A stretch of DNA of 64,000 nucleotides, from positions 4,794,008 through 4,858,007 of the forward strand of contig NW_002060943.1 of NCBI RefSeq assembly GCF_000150275.1, in the 5' to 3' direction. The position numbers were made by a program, and so were the translations under genes. This document shows, piece after piece, positions 52,109 through 64,000 of the stretch; position 1 is the first letter of the stretch, and the number at the start of each line of letters is the position of its first letter. The notes below the pieces were generated by a model. The model ran no database searches and had not been told where the DNA came from. It saw only the letters and a list, made by a program, of their open reading frames with translations. This DNA comes from Trichoplax adhaerens (taxonomy: Eukaryota; Animalia; Placozoa).

Positions 52109-53889
52109 TCTTTTGTGCCGTTTATGTATAACTTAAATACTTTCTAAGACATTTTAAAAGTTATGTGCAGTACGGTTATGCTATTAAATCGTATTGAAAG
52201 ATGGCGTTAACGAATTTATTCCAAAGTTGATAAATAAATTTGTCGTTAATGGAAGCGATTAAAGTAACATTAAAGCAATGTGAGATACTACCTATAACAG
52301 TGAACTTTAGGCAAAAATATACGATGAAAATGATACCTCAGAGGGGAAATTAGTTGCCTGAGTGATACTTGTGAATATGTAGAAAGTTTAAACGATTCTA
52401 ATTTCCGTCCTCAACATTATTAATATGGACTTCGATCACTAAATCTGATTGAAGTCTGCTAGTGAGCAAAATAAAGCATGCAGTAATGCAATTGAATAAT
52501 ATAAGGCACAGGTCTCCTGACTTCCAAGATCGACATAACACAATGGGGGTAAAAATCCTATCTTATTGAGTATGGCTGACAGTATATCGAATTATTACGA
52601 TTAAGCATACTTTACTATTTACTATTATTGCATGCAAGTCCTAGCTTTCCTCATGGATTTTATAAACTTTTTAAATAATGACGAAATTATTCATAGGGAC
52701 ATGCCATATCTTTGTATCGCTAACAGACTTGTTCTACTCGTACTAATAAGATGCGTTATACACCAACACAATGAATATTACAGTTGGTATTTAAGCTTCA
52801 ATGCTCGAAGTATTATGCCATTTAATAGACCGTCAGCCAATTGGCAATACTGTAGCATAATACGGTATGTGCTTAATTAATTTTAAATTAGCTTTTTGGG
52901 GAACTCTTTTGCGATTAACTACTTTCAAGCAATTAGTTTACAGTCAAAACTTGAAAACTACTATTACACTGCAGTGCCAATACTTTACTGAGGTGAAAAG
53001 GTAACATGCCTGTAGAAGAGCAAATAATTTATTAATTATTTAGACAATTACAATGTTGATATAATGCCTTACTATCTGTAGAGGACGTTATTACATCGTT
53101 ATGCTGCCTCATCTGGAACATCGTTGATTGCGATACAATGTTAACACTGTTATATAGAAATGGTGATGATTTAACTCCAGCTACATTACTAATTGACTTA
53201 TTTTTTGGAATCCTTAGAAATCCGACAAATCTTAGATAGCCAATTTGAAATTACTAGTTAATGATGTGGTTAGAAAATTTTAAGTATTTGTCATATATAA
53301 TTATTTGCTGCAGTCTTAAATAGCTGAACAAGGATCAGTGTAGTAAAATCAAAAAACTACTTGCGCTTTTGTAGTTTAGGGAAAAAATACGTAGACTAGT
53401 TAGATTACTTAAAAAATTAACTTCCTTTATTACTACTATGCTAGTAATCATTATTTATTTGCTGCGCTGTTGATATTTAGGTGTTTCAATTTCATTGATA
53501 AATCTAGGTAGTTCTAAGTTCATATACAGCTTTTCTTATTAACTGAATGATTTTAAATGTTTACAGTATAGTAGCAACACTATAATTATAGGGATACACG
53601 TTTATTTATTTAAATCGCTATGTTTGTTGTTACAAATTGAATTATATATTACAAAAATTATTAAAGATGATTCAAGATATTCTTGCACGCGGATAAGATT
53701 GGTACTGATTATTCTCATTTAAAAAGATAATTAGGCTACGGTGGTTGTCGTGCGTGAATATACGTCCATATAGATGATGTCTTATCTAGACAGCCTTAAA
53801 TTCCTAGTAATTATCTTGCCCTTAAAACAATATACATGTAAAATTCACATGCGCAAGATCATTCACGTACGGCAACAGACAACTAAGAC

Positions 53890-55517
53890 CTACTTAGCGG
53901 TCTGAGGAGATTCTAGTTGGTATGTTACAGGTCCATCATTGCGGATATCAATTTGCATATAAGCACCGAATAATCCATCTAAGTCAGGAGTAAACGATTT
54001 CAATATTTTTAATATTTTAGTAATATGCGCGAAGCATGTTTCATATATTCAATATTTTATAATGCAGTCAGTACCACATCCACCGACCTTTAATTGCTTC
54101 AGGTTTATAGGAAGATCTCAGCTGCGATAAGAATTTTTCATAGAGCTGTTTCGATGAATCTGCAGCCATAGCGTTATGGAAATCTAGCTTATTTCCTTTT
54201 AATACACTATACAATGTGAACTAGCAAAAACAATAAATGGAATTTTTGTTTCTCAGAAGATCGATTACCGGTCGATGTAGTTCGTATTTTCTGTGTATGT
54301 TGCATTATTACTTATTAGCATTGCGAATATGTTGAAACTATCTATTCGGTCGGAGCTCTATCACTAAATGATAATTATTAGTAGACCATGCATGAGCTAA
54401 GCCCTAGAGGCCCATTCAATTCCAGTAAAAGTACAGTACGATAAGTGTATCCAACTAGCATTAAATACCTGCTATGCTAACGAGTTTAGCTCATCATAAT
54501 AGGATTGCAGTTTCCATTTCTAGAATGCCTATCACATACTTGACTGAGTTTATTGTCGTATCACTCACTGAGTCTACTTTCGTATAACTAGTGTCACGAA
54601 CAGGCACTACACATTGGCAGCCACTGCCATTTTGCTAATTACGCTGTACTGTATATATATCACTAATCTATATATTGTCATTACCTGGCTAACACATAAT
54701 ATTTCTAAATTTTTTTCCATGACATTCTTTGTCCAACGTTTCTCTCCATCTTCAAATAATCTTAGGCTTAAAACCTTCCTAGAACTGCATATACAAATTA
54801 TTTCAATCTATTCCTTTTCATACATTTTAAAACAAGAGACTGATTTAATATTAAGAGTACACCCTATTCACTTTAGGTAATCATAAGGAGAAATGATTAG
54901 ATTATTAAGAGATTTTATCTGACGTCTAACATGTAATCAAGATCTTTATCTGTGTCATATCTTGATATGCCAATCAATATACAGAGTCCTCTACCGATTG
55001 AGCTGATTAATTCACCATCAACTAGAATAGCATTATGTTTGAAATACATGAGATTAGTTACGTTAAGGCAAGCATTCATTCACTACGCAGTCTAACTACA
55101 GTACTACTTGATAAAAGCGTCACTGTACTCGGTCGTTTTTAAATGCATGCTATGATACAGCGTCTTTAATTTCGTTTTAGATACATTCACAGGGGGAAAT
55201 TATAACTAAAACTAACGTGCAAATACAGTAGTTTATACCGATATCTACTAAAATATCTGATACGGAAATAATATTGCTGTAGTTTACTATCACAGAAGAA
55301 ATTTAATAGCAAGCTATCGATGGAATCATTCCACCTTGAAATTGCAGAAACATATAGTCCTCTATACTGTAGTAACTGTACTGTACTGTAGACTACCTTA
55401 CAGTACATCTAGGTAGTCATTTACTTCTTTAGCAGTCGTCTACCGCATATCATCTCCAACACCTAACAACTAACCTGTCACACTAGCAGCTGTAACACGC
55501 TGGATTAAAGCTTTCAT
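53890..55517 (-). CDS. DTD1: D-aminoacyl-tRNA deacylase 1, ~151 aa, 5 exons
   Basis: Exons 55517-55475, ~55022-54931, ~54784-54685, ~54220-54088, 53978-53890. Translation: MKALIQRVTAASVT VDGELISSIGRGLCILIGIS... LRLFEDGEKRW... LCVSQFTL..LKGNKLDFH.AM... DGLFGAYMQIDIRNDGPVTYQLES. The canonical SQFTL and NDGPVT motifs are present. Confidence 0.95.
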
Positions 55518-55789
55518 GTCTTTCTACTAACTGTTCATATAAATAATAATTTTGAATTCGTTTTATTCAGGTCAGTCTGCCTTGCTTCTAAGTGTACTGT
55601 ATAGAATTGAGGGCTTATAGCATGCAAAATATGATTCGCCAGGTTTCATCAATAGTTATGGAGATGGTTATTGCACTACTAAGACATGGAGGTGTCTCAT
55701 ACAAACGTCCATTATTTACAGTTAAAGCTAAGCCAGAGCACAATGTCGCATACGCCAGCATTAGCCGACAATACTGTCGACCACGAATG

Positions 55790-56280
55790 ACTGTTATAGT
55801 GTACAGTGTACAGTACAGTATATTGTACATCGCACTGTACTGTACACTTGGGATTCTACCGTACTGTACAGTACAGTACTGTACTCAGTGGACATACAGT
55901 ACAGTACAGTACAGTACATACTGTAGATGCTTCTCCCAAAGAGACTCTAGTACAGTACTGTACTAAAACTACTGGAACCTTTCGTCCTGGAGGACTACAC
56001 TGCCAATTTCGAACAAGATAACTCTTCAAAGACGAACGCTAACGCCAAGATAGCTACTGGCGTCACTATAATAATGAAGCCAACATCGCTCTTTCTTCGA
56101 TGGAAATATTCTCTCTGCGGTATACTGTTCGTTGTATGACTGCAGTCGAACTTAGTAACAAGTGGCCACAGTAGCAGCTGCATCAACAAGTAACACACAA
56201 GAGTCATGTTGTATCGTACTACTGTACAGTCTACAGTACTGTGCTGCATGGCGCGTACTGTACAGTACAGTACGGTCAAG
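55790..56280. repeat. TACAG/CTGTA palindromic arrays in the DTD1/CFAP70 divergent promoter region
   Basis: gtacagtgtacagtacagta..., gtactgtacagtacagtactgtac, acagtacagtacagtacagtac, and a patch at 56215-56275. A further patch lies in DTD1 intron 1 (~55365-55407). Confidence 0.85.
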
Positions 56281-56317
56281 GAGCGTTAGTATACCTTTAT
56301 GCGCAGCTGCGAACAAA

Positions 56318-56331
56318 GTTACTATGGAAAC
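56318..56331. promoter_or_regulatory. RFX X-box upstream of CFAP70
   Basis: GTTACTATGGAAAC matches the X-box consensus (GTTNCY-AT-GGNAAC) and lies ~210 bp before the CFAP70 ATG. It overlaps a second half site (ggtaac, 56335-56340). Confidence 0.8.
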
Positions 56332-56541
56332 ATAGGTAACTTTGCAAGCATGAACAGGATGACTTGTTGTCATTTAATATTAACTGCAAGTACTGGTGTA
56401 GATGCTAAGCTGTTTGCTATACTGCATAAAATTACTATTATAGAAAATACTACTTTAATAATACTCGTATAGCCAATCTACAACAGATCACCTTTTACAC
56501 TTCACTGCAAATTAATCAATACGCAAAAGCGTTGATCAATA

Positions 56542-59500
56542 ATGGCTAATCAAGAAGATACCGAGAAGAGACAACGGACTTCAGAAACAATCACCATTTC
56601 TGTTGTACGAGGAAGAAATTTGGTAGGTTACTTCGCCTCTATTATTTATCATTATTAATCGAAAAGACATTAATCAATCAGTAAACTTCATAAAATCCAT
56701 AACATATATTGTATAATAATTGTACAAGTAAGGTGACAGTAAACGAAATTTAATTCTGGCTAATGATAGGTAGTGATTATATGCTGCCAAAATTTCATAG
56801 CAAATAACCTAATCATTGTGTAACTTAAATTTATTTTATAATCTCTATTTTTGTCTAAACCTTAGAAAAGTACGAAAAATGAAACGTTGACATCTACTGT
56901 AAAAATAGAATTTGGGCATAATGTAATTGGAGAATCCTCAAAAATCGAAGGAAAATCAGACTACACCGTCGATTATAATTATAATGCATCATGGTCGTGC
57001 TCCTTAATTGATCCCTTAGCTCTTGATGATTTAGTTTACAAGCCCGTTATAGGTAAGAGCAGCTATCTACTATGAAAATATCTGCGATAATATTTCGCTT
57101 TTGCTGAAATTTGAATTATCATGAAATGTGTACCAATAATTTAAACTATAATATCATTCACTCAAAGACGGTAATGCCTTGTTGTAATCTCATCATTATA
57201 TTAATAGTTAGCGTAACGGAAGTTTTATCACGAGAGAGAAAACAGAAGGAAGAACGAAGTATTTTATTAGGCCAAACTTGCATCGATTTGTTACCACTAT
57301 TGAAAGGTTGGTCAATTGATGTGGATCAAAGAGCTGCAATAGATTAATCAATATTAAATTATAATCACAAATACGCTCAATAAAAAATTAGGTGAGGAAA
57401 GGTTTACTGTGCGTCAACCTTTATTTCCACCCAATCCACATGCTGATGGTCACACCGATACATTTTCCAATGTAAGTGTTGAGAAATTGTAACCGCTGAC
57501 TAACAATATGATCATAATCAATTCTTAATATATATTCATGTATGCATGTACACGCTACTACTCAATCAACCTAGCTTCCACAGATAGAAGTGGAAATATC
57601 AACTGCTGAGCCATTACTTTCTGAGTCAGAAATTGCTGGAAGGTTAGATTTCGTTTAAAAATTGAAATAATTGACTATATTATAGATGCAATTGATCACT
57701 TGTTAATTTAAGTTTATAATTTCTTTTATTTCTATGAAATTAGTAACATGTTTAGCTTTAGAGTTGAGTCAGCTTACGCTGTTCCTGAAGTATGGCATCA
57801 GAGTAATTTAGCGTATCATTACGTAACTGCAACCCCTATTCCGGTTAGTCAAGATAAAGAAGTGTACGTTACAATTGCTAACGGCAACTTGAAAAGTGCC
57901 ATGGAAAGAGAAGGGCCTGGAGCTCAGAGAAAATGGGCTAGTACCATCAATATAACAAATCATGCAAGCTATATTATCAATAGGTGGATTAATAGCTGAT
58001 AACACGGTCGATTCATATATTGTAATTTATTAGATTTGTATTACTAATAGTTAGGTTATATAGCTTGAACGTCAATATTAATCTAAAGTTATAAATATTC
58101 TTAGCAACTTACCAGTCGTTCCATTCAAAGATGAAGACGGCGATCTAACAAAAAGAGAGGTAATCATATTATGTATTTTATGTGACTATGGCTGAAGTTA
58201 TTAACATATCATCATATATATATACATATGTATCAGGATCATCAATTTCGAGTGGAATGCGAAACCGACAGATCACGCGTTACCTGGAACGCAGAGAGAC
58301 GCTGCTGGATGGATTCAGATGCCGTTTCTATGTAAATTACACTCTTGTATATAAAAGATCTTACAGATGGTATTAAAAACTATTGTATACTTAATTCTTA
58401 TCTATTCTACTTATTTTTTAGCTTTAAAACTAGGATTGCTCATCATCGGGTTTGGCCTATTGAAATTATGAAAGTTTTACCACAAACACAAACAAAGACG
58501 AGGAAGGGTGCTCATGAAGAAGAACTATCAATACATTTCCATGGCGTTGCTTACGTTGATTTTGCTCCTTTATTATACCCTGGAGGTAAGCCAGCCGTAC
58601 CCTTAATCATTTACATGTAGCCGTCAATAACTTTCGTGCATCGATGTAATTAATTTCTATTTCGTAGCTCAAAGACTTCGTGGTGCATATTTAGTACAAC
58701 CCTTTTCAGAGAGTGAAATACAGGATAAGGTAATTTAATTCATCGTAAAAATGAAAATATGAATTTAAAATTATGTAACGACTCTGTAATTTAATCATGC
58801 AATATTTTTCAATCGTAGGTCGAACATCGTAGTATTGCTGATGAAGCGGCACAAATTGTTAGCGGTTTAAATCGCAGCGTTACATCTGCTATTGGCAAAA
58901 AAACTAAGAAAACTACACAGGTACGATCTTTGAGTTAAAATTAATTGGAGTTATAATAATGCCATTAATTGATATACGATGCTATTACTTGCCATAAATA
59001 TTTAGTCGGTTACCAATAAACAATCCGACGGAACTGTTGCTGATGGTGATGGAACTGGAACTGAAGCACAAGTATGTGTTATATCTGATATTATTTCTAA
59101 CAATCAAAGACAATCGTTAAATCATTAGAATTTATCCTAATTAAATAAGTAATACCTTTTATAATTTGATACAGGCTTATCTTGAAAATAAGACGTTCAT
59201 CATGATAGAGATATGCTTAGACAAACCGCTTGTACCTAAACGACCACCTTCATCTCTAGCAAAGAGGTGCTTAATAATAAATTATTGCTAGTAAAGATAG
59301 AATTAATTGAACTAAATGCCAATAACTTATGTTTACTTTGCATAGAGTTTCAGAATATATTCCACCACGATCAATTTTTCCAACGCGTATTAGAAGTGCT
59401 CAAAAAACTTTAGACAGTTATCACAAACAAGTTGATCACGTTGCCAAGTTAATATTAAATGAGTATCGGCTTCTGAATAAAGGCATTTTAGGAAATCATC

Positions 59501-62500
59501 ATATGCCTCAAGATACAGAAATTGTGGATGAGAGGTAACCATGTATTGACATTAGTACAGCTAAATTGAAGTTTACAGCATAAGTTTACGATGTATAATC
59601 ATTCATCTTAGGCGAAAGGAGCTACTTTACGAACTAAATACTTCTGGAAAGTATTTTGCTTTCAAAGAACAGATGAAGGTATACTCGTATATCCTGTTTA
59701 TGAACACGAAATTGAGTAAATGATATCGTTAACCTAACTAGAAATCATCAGATTATAATCTATTGTAATAGAAACGTTAATTACATCTACATTTAAGGCT
59801 ATAAGTCTTCTGATATTATCTTACGTGCAATATCATAAATATCTAATATATTTTTTATTGTAAAATATGTTACTTTGGCATTTAAATCAACCAATTCATA
59901 ATCTTTAATAAATCCTCTGTAAACAAAGTTAAGAAAGCTATGCACGTAATTTATTTAGTACTATCTTACTTCACAAACATAGTGAGATAATATTAGGTAG
60001 TCTAAACATTAAAATAAAAACGCGTTAGATGATCTAGCAATTTTATCTATATTATTTATTTGATATTCAATTAATTAAGTAATTACCGTACCCTTTAATT
60101 ACTCGGGCATTTTGGACACTACAGCATGCAATAGTGAAGGTTGTACGAGAAAAGTTTCTAATAACGAAACCTTTCGAAGATAAAGATCAACTTAATGTAA
60201 GCTATAATCATTTTAAATCCATAAAAATTATCGATAGCCAGTTTATTTCTTGAATCAAAATTATTAACTTTGTGTCTCTGATTAATTATGACTATTTTTT
60301 AGAATTTTCTGAGTGAACTATATTCTTACTTAATCGATGAAATGCATGTTGGCTTAAGCAAGGTTTGTTATGATGAGCAATGATATTCATTGTATCTAAA
60401 AGTTGCTGACAAAGCATTTATAGACGGTTAAATTAAAATTTCTATTAAATATCTATATGGCATAAATTTCAAACTGCAAGGCAATACTCAGTTTTATACT
60501 ACCTATATCAACTATTTAGGCATTATCAATGAAAGATGATGCACCACCTCCAGTTACTGTGATTGATGCAAACATGATGAAACACTTTGCTAAGGAAGCT
60601 GAAGTATGCTTACAGATATAATATTATCTTTCGTAAATTATAGATTTTAATCTATAGGTATCGAAATTAAGTGATATACAAAATCGCATTTGCAATAGTT
60701 AATGATCTACTTCCTTTATAATTTATTATAATAGGAGAATGGAAATTATGAACTAGCAGCAAGATATTATCAAGAAGTAATACTTTATAATCACATTTTA
60801 GCTTTAAGAATGGCAATTGTTTACATGCGAAATGATTATCATTTTTCATGATGTTTAACGCGTAAATGGATGATACGTAATTGCTCTATAATAATGGTAA
60901 TAATTTGTTTAATCCGTAGCGACTTGCATGTAATAAGAATGATCCCTGTCACTGGTTCGATTATGGTACATTTTGCTTACTAATCGGCGATATCAATAAG
61001 GTATTTAACTATATTTATTTACATATTCTAACACTTAAACTATGCTACACGGTAGCCTGGCTCAATAACTGAACTGATTTTATCTCATACTATATATAAT
61101 TTAAATTTCAATCATTAGGCGGAAGAATGTTTTAAAGAAGCACTAACAATTAATCAACAATTTGTACCTGGGTACAATATAGCATAATTACCTATCCGAT
61201 AGTTACTTGCTATACGATAGAAAACTAAGCTCTACCTCTATTTTCAGTTTAATCCTTTATGGCATTGTTTGTCATATGGATGAGCGAAACGACGAAGCAG
61301 AAACATTTTTAGAAGCGGCGACTACCGTGGAACATGATAATATCTTGGCATGGACAATCTTAGGTATAATTGCCGATTGCAATCTTGTAGCTAGTTTTTA
61401 CGTAATCAACCAGTAGTGCACGTATAAATACATAAGCAAAATTTTGATACATTCATTCTTTTAATGGGAATATTCTTTAGGTTTATTTTATAACAGTATC
61501 GAAAAGGAGATATTCGCCGAAATGGCATTAAAAGAAGCTTGTAGATTAAATTTATTACAAGCTGAAAAAATCGATTGCAATAATCTGGAAACGACCAGTG
61601 ATGATCATCAGCTGAATAGTGATGCTAAATTGAATAAAGATAAGGATAAAGAAATTGCTCTTGAAGCTACGGAATCACAAAGCATAGAAGCAGAAATAAG
61701 CCGAACTGTAGCTGAAAGTGACAAGCACGAATCACCAGTCGGCGATCATCAAATCCCAAGTAATTAGAATTAATATCATTTAAGTATTGATTCGGTAACC
61801 TTTCATAAGCCAACAATGATTTTAGCTTATACATTCACACAATTTGAATTTGCTATAAAAGGTACTCATTCCTTGGAAGCAGCACCATCGCATTCATTGA
61901 AAGTATCGAATACAACGAGCAAGAAGGGTACAACACAAAAACGAGGTAGTAGACAAGTAAGCAGAGGGAATACATCAACATTCTTACAGGGAAAATCTGG
62001 ATTATCGAATATCGCCGCTAACAAAAATAGAGCTCAATCAGCGCTTAGTGGCGGGTGGTCTAACCCAGACACTGAGATTGGTTCTTTCCCTGCTGGAGTA
62101 GTTCAACCGACTGAGATTCCTCCACCACCACCACGTCCTATAACCCCTATACCTGATCAAAGCACGTATATGCGTGCTGCACAGTTTCTTCTTCGAGTTA
62201 ATGCCTTTCAGGTATAACAGGTTTTATTCTTAAATTGTACATTTTCCTAGCATAACTTTATCAGGATCAGAAACACTGCTTCGGTAGCAAGATCCGCCAA
62301 AACTAGTTATGACTCTTTAAATAATTTCATTCGATTTTCTATTGCAATGACTGTAGATGTGCGAAAAAGCCTTAGGAGCAGAATTAATTCAGTATCCTAA
62401 AAGCGATCTTCCAACGCAGTATTACTTACATTTAGCTCAACTTAAGCTTCAAATGAAACAGTACGATGTGGCTGAAAGAAATATTGAAGAAGCTTTAATC

Positions 62501-63543
62501 CATGACTATACTGTAGGCATATGGGAATAATAGTCCAACTGAAAATTGAATAATAAGTAAATTAACTATTTCTATAATAACATTTTTATAAATAGAACTC
62601 CAATTGTTGGGCTATACTTGGCCATATCAAATACTTAACCAGCAATTATAAGGAGGCACGCAGCGCTTATGAACGAACTCTAGCTCTAATAGATACTGCA
62701 GATAATATGCATATTATCTATCTAAGATTGGCATCAATATATCTGGGTGAAAAATTGGTTAGTAGCAACGCTATAGTATTAGCACCGTAATTTTTTTAGA
62801 TAAATAGTATTGCGGATTTATTTTAATGAAATTAATTTCAAAACTTCGTAATGACCATCGTACAAACAGTATGAAAATGCCAAGAATACATTCTTGCTGG
62901 CTTGTAAGCATTCGCCATCCTGCTTATCCTGGCTAGGCGTTGGGATTGCTTGTTACAGGGTTTGTATATTGCATTAGCGGTTTCGTACTATAATTCTTTT
63001 ATGGTAATTTAATTAAACCAAAACAAATGCTGTTATATTATATTTTACTACTATTAGATGGGAGATTTATCGGAAGCAGAAGAAGCTTTATCTGAAGCTA
63101 ATGTTTTAAACAATCATGATGCAGAAGTATGGGGCTATCTTTCATTGGTCTGCTTAAGGGTAAGCAAATTGCGTAGCACTAAGTTGCTAAAATTATTGAA
63201 TAGCATTTTGTTTCATACAAGCTAATTTCAACTGTTACTATGATGTATAGACCAATCGGGAAGAGGAAGCTGAACAGGCTTATAAATATGCGCTAAAGGT
63301 AAGTTTCTCAATTTTGTTTGCTAATGTAGGTATGCATCTACTAGCTTATGTTAGTACACGCATTTCGCTTATACGACGATTCCAAACAAAATGTCGAGGT
63401 GATAATTAATGTACTAATCCTAGACTGCTTAAAACGTAAATTAGGTTGGATTATCCAATAAAGAATTACTTCAAGAGATTAATGAACAGCAGAAAGTGAT
63501 CGGATTTGGAAATCCTCTTGTATCTACTATATTATCACAGTAA
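56542..63543 (+). CDS. CFAP70: Cilia- and flagella-associated protein 70 (TTC18): N-terminal C2-like region plus TPR repeats, >25 exons
   Basis: [11 protein letters not shown]; [14 protein letters not shown]; VESAYAVPE; [16 protein letters not shown]; [10 protein letters not shown]; [17 protein letters not shown]; [14 protein letters not shown]; YYQERL; [10 protein letters not shown]; YLRLASIYL; [16 protein letters not shown]; [27 protein letters not shown]; C-terminal IGFGNP; stop at 63541-63543. Confidence 0.9.
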
Positions 63544-64000
63544 CATTATTTCAAATGGCACTATTTAACGATTGCATAAGATTACTAGTTCGAAAATGTT
63601 AATTAATTTTAAGGACATCGACTACGGAATGAACGACTAGTATATAATTTTTCTGTATGATACACATAATCTAACAATGATGATTGATAAATTTATAGTC
63701 AATGCTAAGATCGATATTTTACGAACTATAATTTTCGGTGAAATTTAACATTTCATATCATTTATTGTATAACATTCGACTGTACAATGTATTAAATATT
63801 GGTAGAGCATGACAACGTCGTTGCCAAATAAAAATCAATGATTTTAGAAATACGATATCCCCCACTTGTTCACTATTGCTTAAGTTAATGGCCATATAAA
63901 ACAAGGCGTATTTATGGTGATTTTATTATCCCGAATTCGTCCCTTGAGCCAAGAAGCTTACAGATTCCGACGGATTCTATCTGTAATATTCCAATACAGT

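Overview
AT-rich, intron-dense, compact eukaryotic genomic DNA from an early-branching animal, most consistent with a placozoan such as Trichoplax (inference from base composition, short introns and gene content). I reconstructed nine protein-coding genes by hand from splice sites and reading phase: the 3' end of a glycoprotein-hormone-receptor/LGR-type GPCR (+); two head-to-head stomatin paralogs with identical exon structure; a ~41-exon two-pore-channel-related gene with an SH3 domain and a very long cytosolic tail (+); PSME4/PA200 (-); NDUFAF5 (+); two tandem D-aminoacyl-tRNA deacylase genes (-), both missed by the ORF track; and CFAP70/TTC18 (+). Four observations stand out. (1) One DTD copy is intact but has lost the invariant Gly-cisPro chiral-proofreading motif (NDGP->NDGY) and the SQFTL Phe. 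(2) The TPC-like channel is fused to SH3, has TTEN/TTSN filters and has nearly uncharged S4 helices. (3) Palindromic (TACAG/CTGTA/GTAC) arrays mark all three divergent promoter regions. (4) A canonical RFX X-box lies upstream of the ciliary gene CFAP70. I saw no tRNA, rRNA, CRISPR array or coding transposon.
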